Below, one piece after another: positions 1 through 9,114 of a DNA stretch of 48,442 nucleotides. The stretch covers positions 1 to 48,442 of the forward strand of contig CASFMW010000004.1 in assembly GCA_949295935.1 (NCBI GenBank), read 5' to 3'. The position numbers and the translations under genes are program-made. The stretch is from an uncultured Pseudomonadota bacterium. Its GTDB lineage: Bacteria > Pseudomonadota > Alphaproteobacteria > RF32 > CAG-239. Within the stretch, counting starts at the first letter, position 1. Every line of letters begins with the position of its first letter. The notes below the pieces were generated by a model. That model was not told the DNA's origin. It made no database searches and was given only the letters and a program-made list of their open reading frames with translations.

Positions 1-94
1 CCCGTCAGACCGTCATACGCCCTTAAGGCGTTCGCTGGCACCGTTAGGGTTACACCCGCTTGTGAAGAACCACCGGCTAAGCCGGTGGGTTACT
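1..94 (+). mobile_element. Probable right end of an IS200/IS605-family element (tnpA would lie left of the window)
   Basis: Hairpin CCACCGGC-TAA-GCCGGTGG (70-88) preceded by small hairpins ACGCC/GGCGT (17-31) and GGGT/ACCC (47-57). A near-identical hairpin occurs at 48362-48384. Layout resembles IS200 right ends from gut bacteria; no transposase is visible in the window and the exact boundary is uncertain. Confidence 0.65.
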
Positions 95-97
95 TTT

Positions 98-448
98 TTA
101 TTGTAAATTTATGCTTTCTATATATTGGTCACAGAGGTTTCCTTCGTAGTTCCAATTATCGACTCTATCTTTATACAAAACAAAAATTAATTTGCAGAAT
201 GATGGAGCATAGCTGCCCATATTGGTATAGCCTGTTCCTGCCTTTATGTAGGTTAAATATCTTTCTTTGCCGAGCTCATAGATTTGGTCCGGTGGACCAA
301 GTCTGAAGACCAGTTCGCCCTCCTCTAGCCCTATATAGCTCCAAGTGTCGGTTCTTATATATTCTGTTCTGGTACAAGAGGTCGCAACGACAAGAGATAT
401 TGCGGCCAACAACTTTTTCCATTGCATTTCTTTTTTCCCATTCTGCAT
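98..448 (-). CDS. Hypothetical lipoprotein (small, SmpA/BamE-like fold possible)
   Basis: 116 aa; basic N-terminus, hydrophobic stretch and lipobox-like VATS-C; LGPPD motif. Confidence 0.6.
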   Translation of the reverse strand: MQNGKKEMQWKKLLAAISLVVATSCTRTEYIRTDTWSYIGLEEGELVFRLGPPDQIYELGKERYLTYIKAGTGYTNMGSYAPSFCKLIFVLYKDRVDNWNYEGNLCDQYIESINLQ

Positions 449-504
449 TTATTTCTGATTTGATTTTATATTTTATTTGTTAATAAACCCTTATTTTCAG
501 AAAT

Positions 505-519
505 TTAATTTAATTTTAA
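505..519. promoter_or_regulatory. Candidate CtrA box TTAA-N7-TTAA between divergent genes
   Basis: TTAA tttaatt TTAA is an exact spacing match, but the region is very AT-rich, so a chance match is plausible. Confidence 0.25.
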
Positions 520-563
520 GTAATTCATTTTAGTATAATTTATATGTTTTTTATGAGAGGTTT

Positions 564-1037
564 ATGATGGGTATTCCTTTTTCTAAGTTTGTTGTTTTTT
601 CTGCCGCTTTTTTAGCTTATGCTTCGCCTGATATCGTTTATGCTCAGGCTTCTCAGCAAGCGCCCAGTCAAAATTTTGATTTTAAGCAATGCATGAACAA
701 AGCCTCTTTAGTGGGAGAAGATGCTTCGGCGGATTGTATGCGTCAAGAAAATATGAGAATCGAACAGCTTATTTATGCCGAGTATGAAAACATTTTGAAT
801 GATGAAAATTTTAAAGAATGGAATGAAAACGGCACAATGTTTCGCGGCAAGCTTCGCTCTCTTTATGAAACTTGGAAAGCCTACCGCGATACTTTTTGCT
901 CTTTATATGCTTTTTCAATGGATGGGTATCTGGGCTCGGAACAATATAATACTCAGCGCTGCCTGCTTGATTTGTCTCGCAAGCATTATGATTATGTTAA
1001 AGTTCTTCGCCAAAACAAAATTTCTACCCCAGACTAA
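564..1037 (+). CDS. Secreted LprI/DUF1311 lysozyme-inhibitor-like protein
   Basis: Signal peptide ending VYA-QA; Cys pattern C-x13-C ... WKAYRDTFC ... RCLLDL; SD GAGG upstream. Confidence 0.7.
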   Translation: MMGIPFSKFVVFSAAFLAYASPDIVYAQASQQAPSQNFDFKQCMNKASLVGEDASADCMRQENMRIEQLIYAEYENILNDENFKEWNENGTMFRGKLRSLYETWKAYRDTFCSLYAFSMDGYLGSEQYNTQRCLLDLSRKHYDYVKVLRQNKISTPD

Positions 1038-1746
1038 AGCTAAAGCTTGTTCCTTTGCCGACTGATGTATCTACCCTTATTTTGGTATTTATTAAGTCGG
1101 CAATTTTTTTGACGATGGCCAAGCCTAACCCTGCTCCATGGCGTTTATTTTCCGGATTTTGGCCGCTTTGATAAAACTCGTCAAAGATGTAAGGAATATC
1201 TTCGCCGTGGATGCCGCAGCCGTTGTCTATTATGCTAATCAGGACTTTGTTTCCCTTTCTTTTGCAGCCAAACACAATTTTGTTTTTAGTATATTTGATT
1301 GCATTTGTCAGCAGGTTTCTCAGCATTCTTTCCACTAGAAGCGGATCGCTTTTAATCTTTAGGCTGCAAGGAATGTACTGGAGTTTTACGCCATGCAAAC
1401 GGCAGATGAAAGAAAATTCTTCTGCCAGTTTATCGGTTAAATGTCTTATGCAAAACTCTTTTTCCTCATATTTGAATCCGCCATAGTCAAGTTTTGATAA
1501 ATCAAGATAATTAGAGAGCAAGTCTCTCATATTTACGGCCGAATATTCTATTTTTTTTGCGAGATCCTCTTGCTCCTCGGTTAAATCTGTTTCCAAAAGC
1601 ATTGAGGTAAAAATATGCATTGCTTGCAAAGGCTGTCTTAAATCATGGGCGGCTTGTGCCAAAAAATAAGATTTTGAATTGCTTATTTTTTCACAATTTT
1701 TTAAGTCTTTTATCATTTTGCGATATTTTTCTTTTATTTTTTCCAT
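1024..1746 (-). CDS. Soluble histidine kinase (HisKA + HATPase_c only)
   Basis: H-box FLAQAAHDLRQPL, N-box NLLTNAIKYT, G1 DNGCGI, F-box IFDEFYQ, G2 GAGLGLAI; no TM, sensor or receiver domain; SD GAGGA. Confidence 0.9.
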   Translation of the reverse strand: MEKIKEKYRKMIKDLKNCEKISNSKSYFLAQAAHDLRQPLQAMHIFTSMLLETDLTEEQEDLAKKIEYSAVNMRDLLSNYLDLSKLDYGGFKYEEKEFCIRHLTDKLAEEFSFICRLHGVKLQYIPCSLKIKSDPLLVERMLRNLLTNAIKYTKNKIVFGCKRKGNKVLISIIDNGCGIHGEDIPYIFDEFYQSGQNPENKRHGAGLGLAIVKKIADLINTKIRVDTSVGKGTSFSFSLG

Positions 1747-1758
1747 AAATTTATTCCT

Positions 1759-2706
1759 CTACATTATATTTTCCAGCCAAAGTCTACGTCCTGTCATTTG
1801 TGACAATTTGAAATACCAGTAATCATATAAAAAAGCATTGTTCTTTACATATTCATTCGATGAGGTTGTTGGTAGGGCTGATGTGGAAATTTTTTGTTTT
1901 ACCCAATATTCGTCATCGTTTTTATAAAGCGTGATATTGACAATAACGCCGTCAAAGGTTGTTATCTTCATTGTTTTTTGTTCTGAGAACTTGCTTTCAT
2001 CAAAATTTTGGGCTGATAAAACTTTTGTAAAAAGCAAAAATTCTAATGTTTTCAACAATTCATCGGCTTTATATACTTGGTTGTCTTTAGTGAAAAAAGT
2101 TCCGTCCTTTTTATCTCTGAGGGCTATTTTTTCATTTATTTTTATTGATTCAATCATATTTTTGGGCAGAGCCAATAACGGTTGCTGAAGCCAGAAAGCT
2201 TTATCTAAAGGAAAATCCATATTATTTTCAATAACATATACTCCATCTAATCCTTTGATTTTAGCATAAGACAAGTTATTTCCGGCCGGCAGCATTGATA
2301 TGCTTATTTCAGAAAGTGTTTTTCCGTTAGCGGAAAGTAATTTTATGTCTCTGCTGTTTTCGTCAAAATATTTGGCCTCATCTTCGGCATTCATTTGTTC
2401 TTGACGGAGTATTTTGCTATTTTTTATAAAACCTTCAAAGGCGTTAATAAGCTGATATCCAGCATAGTAAGAATCTGCCTCGCGGAGAAGCCAAACGCCA
2501 TCGGATTTGTCAAAAGTTATTTTGCCTTTAGGGGTATTCATTTCTATGGTCGAAATACGCTCGAATTCGGCGGCGGTGTTTCCGAATGAGGATTTACCCT
2601 GAACATTTTCATTAATCCCGTCATAATGAGAAATATAGGCAACCAGAGCCAGCAGTGCGCTGGCAAAAAACATTAAGAAGGCTTGTTTTAATGTTTTGCT
2701 ATTCAT
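1759..2706 (-). CDS. DUF4340 domain protein (Gld-like ABC accessory)
   Basis: Single N-terminal TM then a periplasmic beta-rich region (GVWLLREADSYYA, WLQQPLL); lies after gldG-like gene with 8-bp overlap. Confidence 0.7.
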   Translation of the reverse strand: MNSKTLKQAFLMFFASALLALVAYISHYDGINENVQGKSSFGNTAAEFERISTIEMNTPKGKITFDKSDGVWLLREADSYYAGYQLINAFEGFIKNSKILRQEQMNAEDEAKYFDENSRDIKLLSANGKTLSEISISMLPAGNNLSYAKIKGLDGVYVIENNMDFPLDKAFWLQQPLLALPKNMIESIKINEKIALRDKKDGTFFTKDNQVYKADELLKTLEFLLFTKVLSAQNFDESKFSEQKTMKITTFDGVIVNITLYKNDDEYWVKQKISTSALPTTSSNEYVKNNAFLYDYWYFKLSQMTGRRLWLENIM

Positions 2707-4540
2707 CTGATTTCTCCTTATAACTGCGGCGATGCTTTAGTCTTTTTCTGAAAATCAAAGCTATGATTGCGGCATAAAGCAGCATTGCGCCAGCACTTGC
2801 CCCCATAAATATATTCATTTTCTTTTTATAAGCCTGTTCTGCCTGATAATCTAGCTGTCTTATTGCTTTTTCAGCAGTGGTTATCTCTTCTTGCAAGCGA
2901 TTTATTTGCTGCATGTTGCCCATTGAATAATTTTGAAAATTCATTCTTTCAGCTTTGGCGATGCTGGCTTTCAAGTCTTGTTGTTTTTGCTCTTTTTCCT
3001 GAAGAAAGTTTTTCTCTGCCTCTTGCTTAAACTTTGTTCCGAGGCTATCTTGCGGAAGGTTGGACTGTATTTTTAGCGCAACTAATTCTTCATTGCCATT
3101 GATTTTATTTAATATTCTTTCAAGCAGAAGGCCATTTTCGCTCCATGGGACAAAGCCATAGGTGGTATTTTTGTTTTTATAGCTGTTATCTGACCAGGTA
3201 GAATCATAAAGAAAATCAATATCGGCAATTATGAAAATTTTGCCTTTTTTCATTGACTGAGGTAAAAATGACAGCATTTGATTTTCGTATTTTGTGCCTT
3301 TCATGATATTGTCTTGAAATATAGAACGAAACTTTCCTTCTACTTCGGCAGCGATAATATAATCTTTATTTGTTTCCGTAAAATTGGCAGCAGAAATTTC
3401 TTTATATGTTTGTTTGGCGACAGAGCTTTCTATAGTTCCTGTTTTTCCAGAAATGGTTATCAGCGGCGTGAAGGAAAATTCTTCGGCTTTGCCTTTCTTT
3501 GCATTAATTGCGGCCGGTGAGCGTAAAGATATTGAGTTTAGGCCTTGGGTTAAATCGTTTTCTTGGTTAAAGCTCTCTGAACTTAAGTTCATCCAAGGCA
3601 TGTATGAAAATCTTTTGGAGCCGGAGATAACTTCAATGGCTTTGTCCTTACTGCCGATGGTGTTTTTTGATGAATAATCAATTCCCCAGTTATTCAACAG
3701 ATTATTTATTGCTTTTTCGTTATTGATTTTGTTATTTTTTTCATCAATGGCATCTACAAACACTATCAGATTTCCTCCACGAAGGATAAACTGATCCAAG
3801 GCATATTGCCCAATATTTGAGAGACCTTCATTGGGATTTATTAAAATGACCGTGTTGATATCTACCCCGATTTGCACTGAATAATCAGATATCGGAACAA
3901 GCTGATATTTATTTTTTAACTGATTAAAAATATTAAGATTATTGCTCAAATCAAGGCTGCCGTCTTTATTAACTTTCGTGTCTAAATCAGGCGCGATGAC
4001 GCCTATTTTTGGCATTTTTTGCGGCTGCGAAAGTTGTTTGATTGCAGAGGTTATGTCATATTCAAGATAAGGACTGCGCAATTCTACAAAGTTTGGAATG
4101 GCAATATATTGACCTTGCTCATTGGTAATAACACCGCCCAAGTACAGGCTTATTTTTCCGTCTTTGCTGGCAAAGGATTTTAGTCCGTATTGTTCAGCCT
4201 CATGCTCTTGAGGGCCGAATGGTTCTATTTCAATAATCTCAGCCGTTATTTTCTTTGGGTTCTCTTTTTCATATTGTTTGACCAATTCTGCAATATATTT
4301 GCCATATTCAGCCGTTTGAGGATAGTCTTTTGCTATTTGCGGAGAAATATATATCTTTATGCTTTGGGTTGCATTTAATTCAGAAATTATTTTTTTTGAG
4401 GCAGAGGACAGGCTATATTTGTTATTGCCACTAAGATCTATATATTTGTTTTCAAAAAAAACAGACATACTATAGTTAAACAGGTAAAAACAACCGATTA
4501 CCAGAACAAAAAATAAAAATATACTGAGTTTCTTTTTCAT
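2699..4540 (-). CDS. GldG-like ABC transporter auxiliary protein
   Basis: IDLSGNNKYSLS, LEYDITSAI, YALDQFILRGGNLIVFVD, IADIDFL; N- and C-terminal TM helices plus a coiled coil. Confidence 0.85.
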   Translation of the reverse strand: MKKKLSIFLFFVLVIGCFYLFNYSMSVFFENKYIDLSGNNKYSLSSASKKIISELNATQSIKIYISPQIAKDYPQTAEYGKYIAELVKQYEKENPKKITAEIIEIEPFGPQEHEAEQYGLKSFASKDGKISLYLGGVITNEQGQYIAIPNFVELRSPYLEYDITSAIKQLSQPQKMPKIGVIAPDLDTKVNKDGSLDLSNNLNIFNQLKNKYQLVPISDYSVQIGVDINTVILINPNEGLSNIGQYALDQFILRGGNLIVFVDAIDEKNNKINNEKAINNLLNNWGIDYSSKNTIGSKDKAIEVISGSKRFSYMPWMNLSSESFNQENDLTQGLNSISLRSPAAINAKKGKAEEFSFTPLITISGKTGTIESSVAKQTYKEISAANFTETNKDYIIAAEVEGKFRSIFQDNIMKGTKYENQMLSFLPQSMKKGKIFIIADIDFLYDSTWSDNSYKNKNTTYGFVPWSENGLLLERILNKINGNEELVALKIQSNLPQDSLGTKFKQEAEKNFLQEKEQKQQDLKASIAKAERMNFQNYSMGNMQQINRLQEEITTAEKAIRQLDYQAEQAYKKKMNIFMGASAGAMLLYAAIIALIFRKRLKHRRSYKEKSDE

Positions 4541-4555
4541 ATTTCCTCCGGTTGT

Positions 4556-5263
4556 TTATATTTTGTTTCGATTGCTGATTATTGCGACGGTGGCCCAGAG
4601 CCCTGCTCCGGCCATGCTTATATAATAGATTACCGAAGACAACTCTATTTTTCCATTTATCAGGTTTTGATAGTTTTCGTGAAAGCTTAAGGCTGAAAGT
4701 TCTGTGCTTTCAGTCAAAACATCAGGGGCAAACATGGTAATACTCCAGATCACAAATATGCTTCCGAGATATGCTATCATAGGCTTGTTGCTTATGGAAG
4801 AAACTAACTCTCCGATTGCGCAAAATGATAATGTAATCAGCAAACAGCTGACAAAAGCTGACGTAACGGCGCTGAGGTTAATGCCATTATACAGCATTAC
4901 GACTATTGTTTGTGGTATGATGGTTGACAGCATTAGCAACGAAAAAGAAGCCGCAGCCAGATATTTTCCGATAACGATATCTTTATATTTTATGGGTTGT
5001 GTTAAAATAAATTCTATTGTTCCCGAGCGATATTCATCTGCCCATAGGTGCATAGTTATTCCGGGGATTAAAACCGCCAAAATATCCGGTTGATATTTGA
5101 AAAAAGATATCATACTTTGGTTATCTATCTCAAAAAAATTACCAAAAATAAAGCTGCTCAAGAGGCTTAAGGCGATGTATAGCCCGATGATGAAGTAAGC
5201 TGATATGCTTCTGAAATATCCATAAAATTCTTTGGCAAAAATGGCTTTTATCTGTTTGTTCAT
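4556..5263 (-). CDS. GldF-like ABC-2 permease
   Basis: KEFYGYFRS, PGITMHLWADEYRSGTIEFILTQP, GKYLAA; about 6 TM helices. Confidence 0.88.
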   Translation of the reverse strand: MNKQIKAIFAKEFYGYFRSISAYFIIGLYIALSLLSSFIFGNFFEIDNQSMISFFKYQPDILAVLIPGITMHLWADEYRSGTIEFILTQPIKYKDIVIGKYLAAASFSLLMLSTIIPQTIVVMLYNGINLSAVTSAFVSCLLITLSFCAIGELVSSISNKPMIAYLGSIFVIWSITMFAPDVLTESTELSALSFHENYQNLINGKIELSSVIYYISMAGAGLWATVAIISNRNKI

Positions 5264-5277
5264 TTGCTCAGCTTTCT

Positions 5278-5997
5278 TTATTTGTTGTTTTCGGTAATAC
5301 GGCGGAAGGCGCTGCTTAAATCTCTTTCCGGCATTTGATATTTTAGCCGCATCGGGGTTGTGTCGGCAACAAGATTGCCTTTGTTTATCATAACTATTCT
5401 GTCTGCAATGGCGTCAACATCTTCCATAATATGTGTTGATATAATTACGGCGCCTTGGGTAGAAAAATCTTTGATAAATCTTCTCAAGCCATATTTTTGG
5501 TTTGGATCAAGGCCTTCTGACGGCTCATCCATGATTAAAATTTTGGGGCCATGAATGAGTGCTCCGGCAATAGCTACGCGATGTCTATAACCTTTGGATA
5601 GGTCTCCTATCGGGCGGCTCATAACCGTTTTTAGCTCTAGTTTGTTTATTAATTGTTCAAGCCGGTCTGAAAAAATTTGTTCTTTTATATCCCAGATATC
5701 AGAAGTGAATTTTAAAAATTCATATGGGGTCATTTCATTATATAATGGAGCATTCTCCGGTATGTATCCGATTTTTTGCAGAACTTTAACTCTGTCGGCG
5801 GAGATGTCTTCTTCATCATATTTTATTTTTCCGGCATCTGGGGACAACAAGCCTGTCATTAATCTTATCAGGGTGGTTTTTCCGGCGCCGTTTGGCCCGA
5901 GCAAGGCAACTATTTCTCCATAATTTATTTTGAAGCTGATGTCTTGTAATGCGCTTACTGCTCCAAAGCTTTTGCTGATTTTTTCTATGCTTATCAT
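5278..5997 (-). CDS. GldA-like ABC ATP-binding protein
   Basis: Walker A GPNGAGKT, signature LSKGY, Walker B ILIMDEP, H-loop STH. Confidence 0.92.
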   Translation of the reverse strand: MISIEKISKSFGAVSALQDISFKINYGEIVALLGPNGAGKTTLIRLMTGLLSPDAGKIKYDEEDISADRVKVLQKIGYIPENAPLYNEMTPYEFLKFTSDIWDIKEQIFSDRLEQLINKLELKTVMSRPIGDLSKGYRHRVAIAGALIHGPKILIMDEPSEGLDPNQKYGLRRFIKDFSTQGAVIISTHIMEDVDAIADRIVMINKGNLVADTTPMRLKYQMPERDLSSAFRRITENNK

Positions 5998-6153
5998 TTT
6001 GTCCCCTAATAAATGAATCGCTTAACGCCTTCTTATTCTACCAATTTATTTTTAAATTTTAACAATTTTTTTATTTTCTTTAAAAGTTGGTGACAAAATC
6101 TTTATTTTGTTCTATCACTATATATGAATTTTTGTTTTTTAGGAGTGTTTCAG

Positions 6154-6639
6154 GTGCCTGAATTTTATTCAAAAGAAGAAGCCAAAGCCATTAAAACCGG
6201 TCTTTATGCCGCATTGGTTATTGCTGTTGTGGTTTTGCTGACGGTTTTTGGTCGGCATGATACTGCCGAACTTGATAATGGCGAATCTTATGAAGTTAAT
6301 GCTCGATTTGGTCGAACAGACGGATTGTTGGTTGGTGACTTGGTGCGCATGGCCGGCGTTAATATCGGAAAAGTGGTTAATGCTCAGCTGGATAAAGACT
6401 TTAGAGCAATTCTTACCCTTGATATTAATGAAAATGTCAAAATTCCCGATGACAGCAGCGCCTCTATTGTCAGCTCAGGTATTATGGGTAAAAAATATAT
6501 TGAAATCGAGCCTGGTGGCTCTTTTGACTTTATTATGCCTGGGGGCGAATTCTCCTATACTCAAGATGCTATGGTTATTGAAGAGCTCATTGACCGCATC
6601 ATCTCTATCGGTAAAGCTAATAAATCAGAAAATAAGTAA
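6154..6639 (+). CDS. mlaD: MCE/MlaD family protein (copy 1)
   Basis: ARFGRTDGLLVGDLVRMAGVNIGKV, IPDDSSASIVSSGIMGKKYIEIEPG; GTG start at 6154 follows SD AGGAG (ORF track starts at 6124). Confidence 0.88.
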   Translation: MPEFYSKEEAKAIKTGLYAALVIAVVVLLTVFGRHDTAELDNGESYEVNARFGRTDGLLVGDLVRMAGVNIGKVVNAQLDKDFRAILTLDINENVKIPDDSSASIVSSGIMGKKYIEIEPGGSFDFIMPGGEFSYTQDAMVIEELIDRIISIGKANKSENK

Positions 6640-6657
6640 TTTTGAAAGGTTTGTGTT

Positions 6658-7119
6658 ATGAATAAAAGACCTATGGAAACTATTATGGGTGTCGTTGTTC
6701 TCTTTGTTGCGGCGTTCTTTCTCTACTTTGCTTATAAGGTTTCTGATTTGCAAGTGGTTAAAGGTTATGAGGTTACCGCTCGTTTTCTTAAAGTCGGTGG
6801 TTTAACCGTCGGTTCTGATGTACGGATTAACGGCATTAAGGTCGGAACGGTTATTTCGCAAAAGTTAGATAACGAAAATTATGATGCTCAGATTGTTATG
6901 AGTTTGGCCTCTGACATTAAGTTGCCTAAAGACAGTACGGCTGTTATCGTCGGTGATGGCTTGGTTGGTGATAAATTTATTAAAATCGAGCCGGGACACA
7001 GCTCTGAGTTTTTGCAAAATGGTGATGTTATCACTAATGTCAAAGACTTTAAGACAATAGAAGATATGGTTGGTGAAATTATCTTTATGGTGACCGACAA
7101 TGGTAAAGAAAATAATTAA
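6658..7119 (+). CDS. mlaD: MCE/MlaD family protein (copy 2)
   Basis: ETIMGVVVL TM, GGLTVGSDVRINGIKVGTV, LPKDSTAVIVGDGLVGDKFIKIEPG. Confidence 0.9.
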   Translation: MNKRPMETIMGVVVLFVAAFFLYFAYKVSDLQVVKGYEVTARFLKVGGLTVGSDVRINGIKVGTVISQKLDNENYDAQIVMSLASDIKLPKDSTAVIVGDGLVGDKFIKIEPGHSSEFLQNGDVITNVKDFKTIEDMVGEIIFMVTDNGKENN

Positions 7120-8134
7120 TTTTTCTGCTGCGCTAGCGCTTTCTTTGAGCGCTGTGGCTCTTAATGTTCAAGCAACCGAAATTGAAACAAACACGGCTAA
7201 GCTTCAAGCCATGAATAAGCTGACCGGTCGTGTTTCGGTTATTGATGTTCCGGTTAACGGAGAAGCTCAATTCGGGAGTTTTTCTATTGTTGTTCGTGCT
7301 TGCAAAACGAGACCGCCCGAGGAAGCTCCTGATAACTTTGCTTTTGTTGATGTCGTTGACAAGCAAGAAGACGGAACTGTTTCTAATATTTTCAAGGGGT
7401 GGATGATTTCTTCCAGTCCGGCGCTGAATGCGATTGAACATCCGATTTATGATGTTTGGTTGTTGCAATGTGTTGATACTGAAGTTGATAAGACGAAGCT
7501 TTTAACACCGGAACATTTGGCTGCTCGTGATGAGATTATTCCGGTTGCAGATACAAGCTCTGAATCTGCTAACAAAGAGGAAACAGCACCTGCGAAAGAT
7601 GTTTCGGCAGAACAGAAAAATGATGAACCGGAAAATATTTTACCGGCTGAGGCTTCGGCTCCTTTATCTTCAGAAGCAAATGTTGAAACGACTTCTAAGC
7701 CGAATCCTCCGGCTCAGCCGATTGAGATTCCTGCTGATAATGCTGAAATTCAGGTTAAATCTATCCAAGAAGATTTGCCGCTGAAAATAGAAGAAAATGT
7801 CTATGAAACAGAAGATGTTTACATTCCTGATGAAATGCAGCAAGATGGTCCTCAAAATCTTATTCCAGATGTAGAAACTCCGGCTCCAGCGCCGCTTCTT
7901 GATATCCAAGCTGAACCGCAAAATATGCCGGTGGTTGTACCGGAAATTCAAGCTGCTCCTATTCCTCAAGATATTAGTAATCAATTGCAAAAAGCTATTG
8001 ATTCTGAGGTTGTCGAGCCAGTTGATCCTGTCGCTAATGTATCAGTCGAAGAAGCGTCTGACATTGTTCCTCAGCAGTTGATTTCTTTTGAAAACAGTGA
8101 AGAACCTTCTTTGCCTTCTTTTCTTCAACAATAA
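7100..8134 (+). CDS. DUF2155 domain protein with long acidic/Pro-rich C-terminal extension
   Basis: Signal peptide; LQAMNKLTGR, FGSFSIVVRAC, IFKGWMISSSPALNAIEHPIYDVWLLQC; then about 200 aa of E/D/P/Q-rich low-complexity sequence. Confidence 0.85.
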   Translation: MVKKIINFSAALALSLSAVALNVQATEIETNTAKLQAMNKLTGRVSVIDVPVNGEAQFGSFSIVVRACKTRPPEEAPDNFAFVDVVDKQEDGTVSNIFKGWMISSSPALNAIEHPIYDVWLLQCVDTEVDKTKLLTPEHLAARDEIIPVADTSSESANKEETAPAKDVSAEQKNDEPENILPAEASAPLSSEANVETTSKPNPPAQPIEIPADNAEIQVKSIQEDLPLKIEENVYETEDVYIPDEMQQDGPQNLIPDVETPAPAPLLDIQAEPQNMPVVVPEIQAAPIPQDISNQLQKAIDSEVVEPVDPVANVSVEEASDIVPQQLISFENSEEPSLPSFLQQ

Positions 8135-8152
8135 ACAAAAAATACGGTAACG

Positions 8153-9112
8153 ATGATGCAAAATAATAAAAATATTGATGTCAGCTTTGTTATGACGGTT
8201 TATAACAAAGAATATTATCTGCCCTCTGTTCTAAAGGCTTTGTTAAATCAAGACGGGCTTGAGAATCCTTAATTTATTTTTATTGATGATTTGTCAACCG
8301 ATCGTTCCGTAGATATTATCAAACAATATACCAAAGATGTTCCTAATGTCATTTTGGTAGAAAATAAGGATAATCGCGGTATTAGCCCAAGAATTAACCA
8401 AGGAATCGCCCTCGCCCATGGCGAATATGTGCGAATGCTTGATTCTGATGATATTTTTCCGATTAATTCTACAAGAAAGATGTTAGATATTGCCAAAGAG
8501 CTTGATGCAGATATGGTTTATGGTTGTTTTTCTAAGACAGGAAAGCTTCCCGAAGAATTGACCAACGAAACAATTGGTGAATTTTCGTATTCTTATAATC
8601 AAGATGCATTGCTTGGAGTACTTAACGGACGTTTTACCCGTATGGGACAGCTTATCAAGACTTCGGTTTTGAAAAAAGCCAAAGGCGCTGATGAACGCGT
8701 ATTTATTCAAGACGAATCTATTCCGCTGCGTTGTGCCATTCATGCTCATGGCGTGGTTAAAATAGATGCTGATGTGGTTTTGGTTCCAAAAGAAATTGGA
8801 AATTTTTCAGGAAACAAGCTTCAACTTGATCATGATCGCTTTTTAGCCTATTGCGATGCAATTCTGGATAATCCAAATTTGCCGGAAACAGCTCTGCGCC
8901 TTATGTATCGCAAAGCGGTTTCGGCTTATTGGAAAATGACGCGTAAGACTTCTCTTCTTCCTTATTTTTCTAAGGTATTTGTGGTTTATTTGGTAAACAA
9001 AATTTCTCCACAATATCCGAACAAAGCCTTTTTAGAAAAGATGAAAAGTGATTTCTTAGCATTAAAAAATGTTAGACGCGTCACTAATCCTTTGTATTCT
9101 TTAGAAAAATAA
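8153..9112 (+). pseudogene. Family 2 glycosyltransferase interrupted by an in-frame TAA at codon 40
   Basis: From ATG 8153: MMQNNKNIDVSFVMTVYNKEYYLPSVLKALLNQDGLENP*FIFIDDLSTDRS, in frame with ORF 8291..9112; TAA at 8270-8272; DxD motif LDSDD. Confidence 0.85.
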
Positions 9113-9114
9113 AT

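Noticed and set aside
1759-5997. Gliding motility system
   Set aside because: GldAFG-like ABC modules are common in non-gliding bacteria, and no motor or T9SS genes are present.
8270-8272. Stop-codon reassignment (TAA read as sense) suggested by the GT2 in-frame stop
   Set aside because: TAA ends most genes in the window at the expected positions; one case is better explained by mutation or sequencing error.
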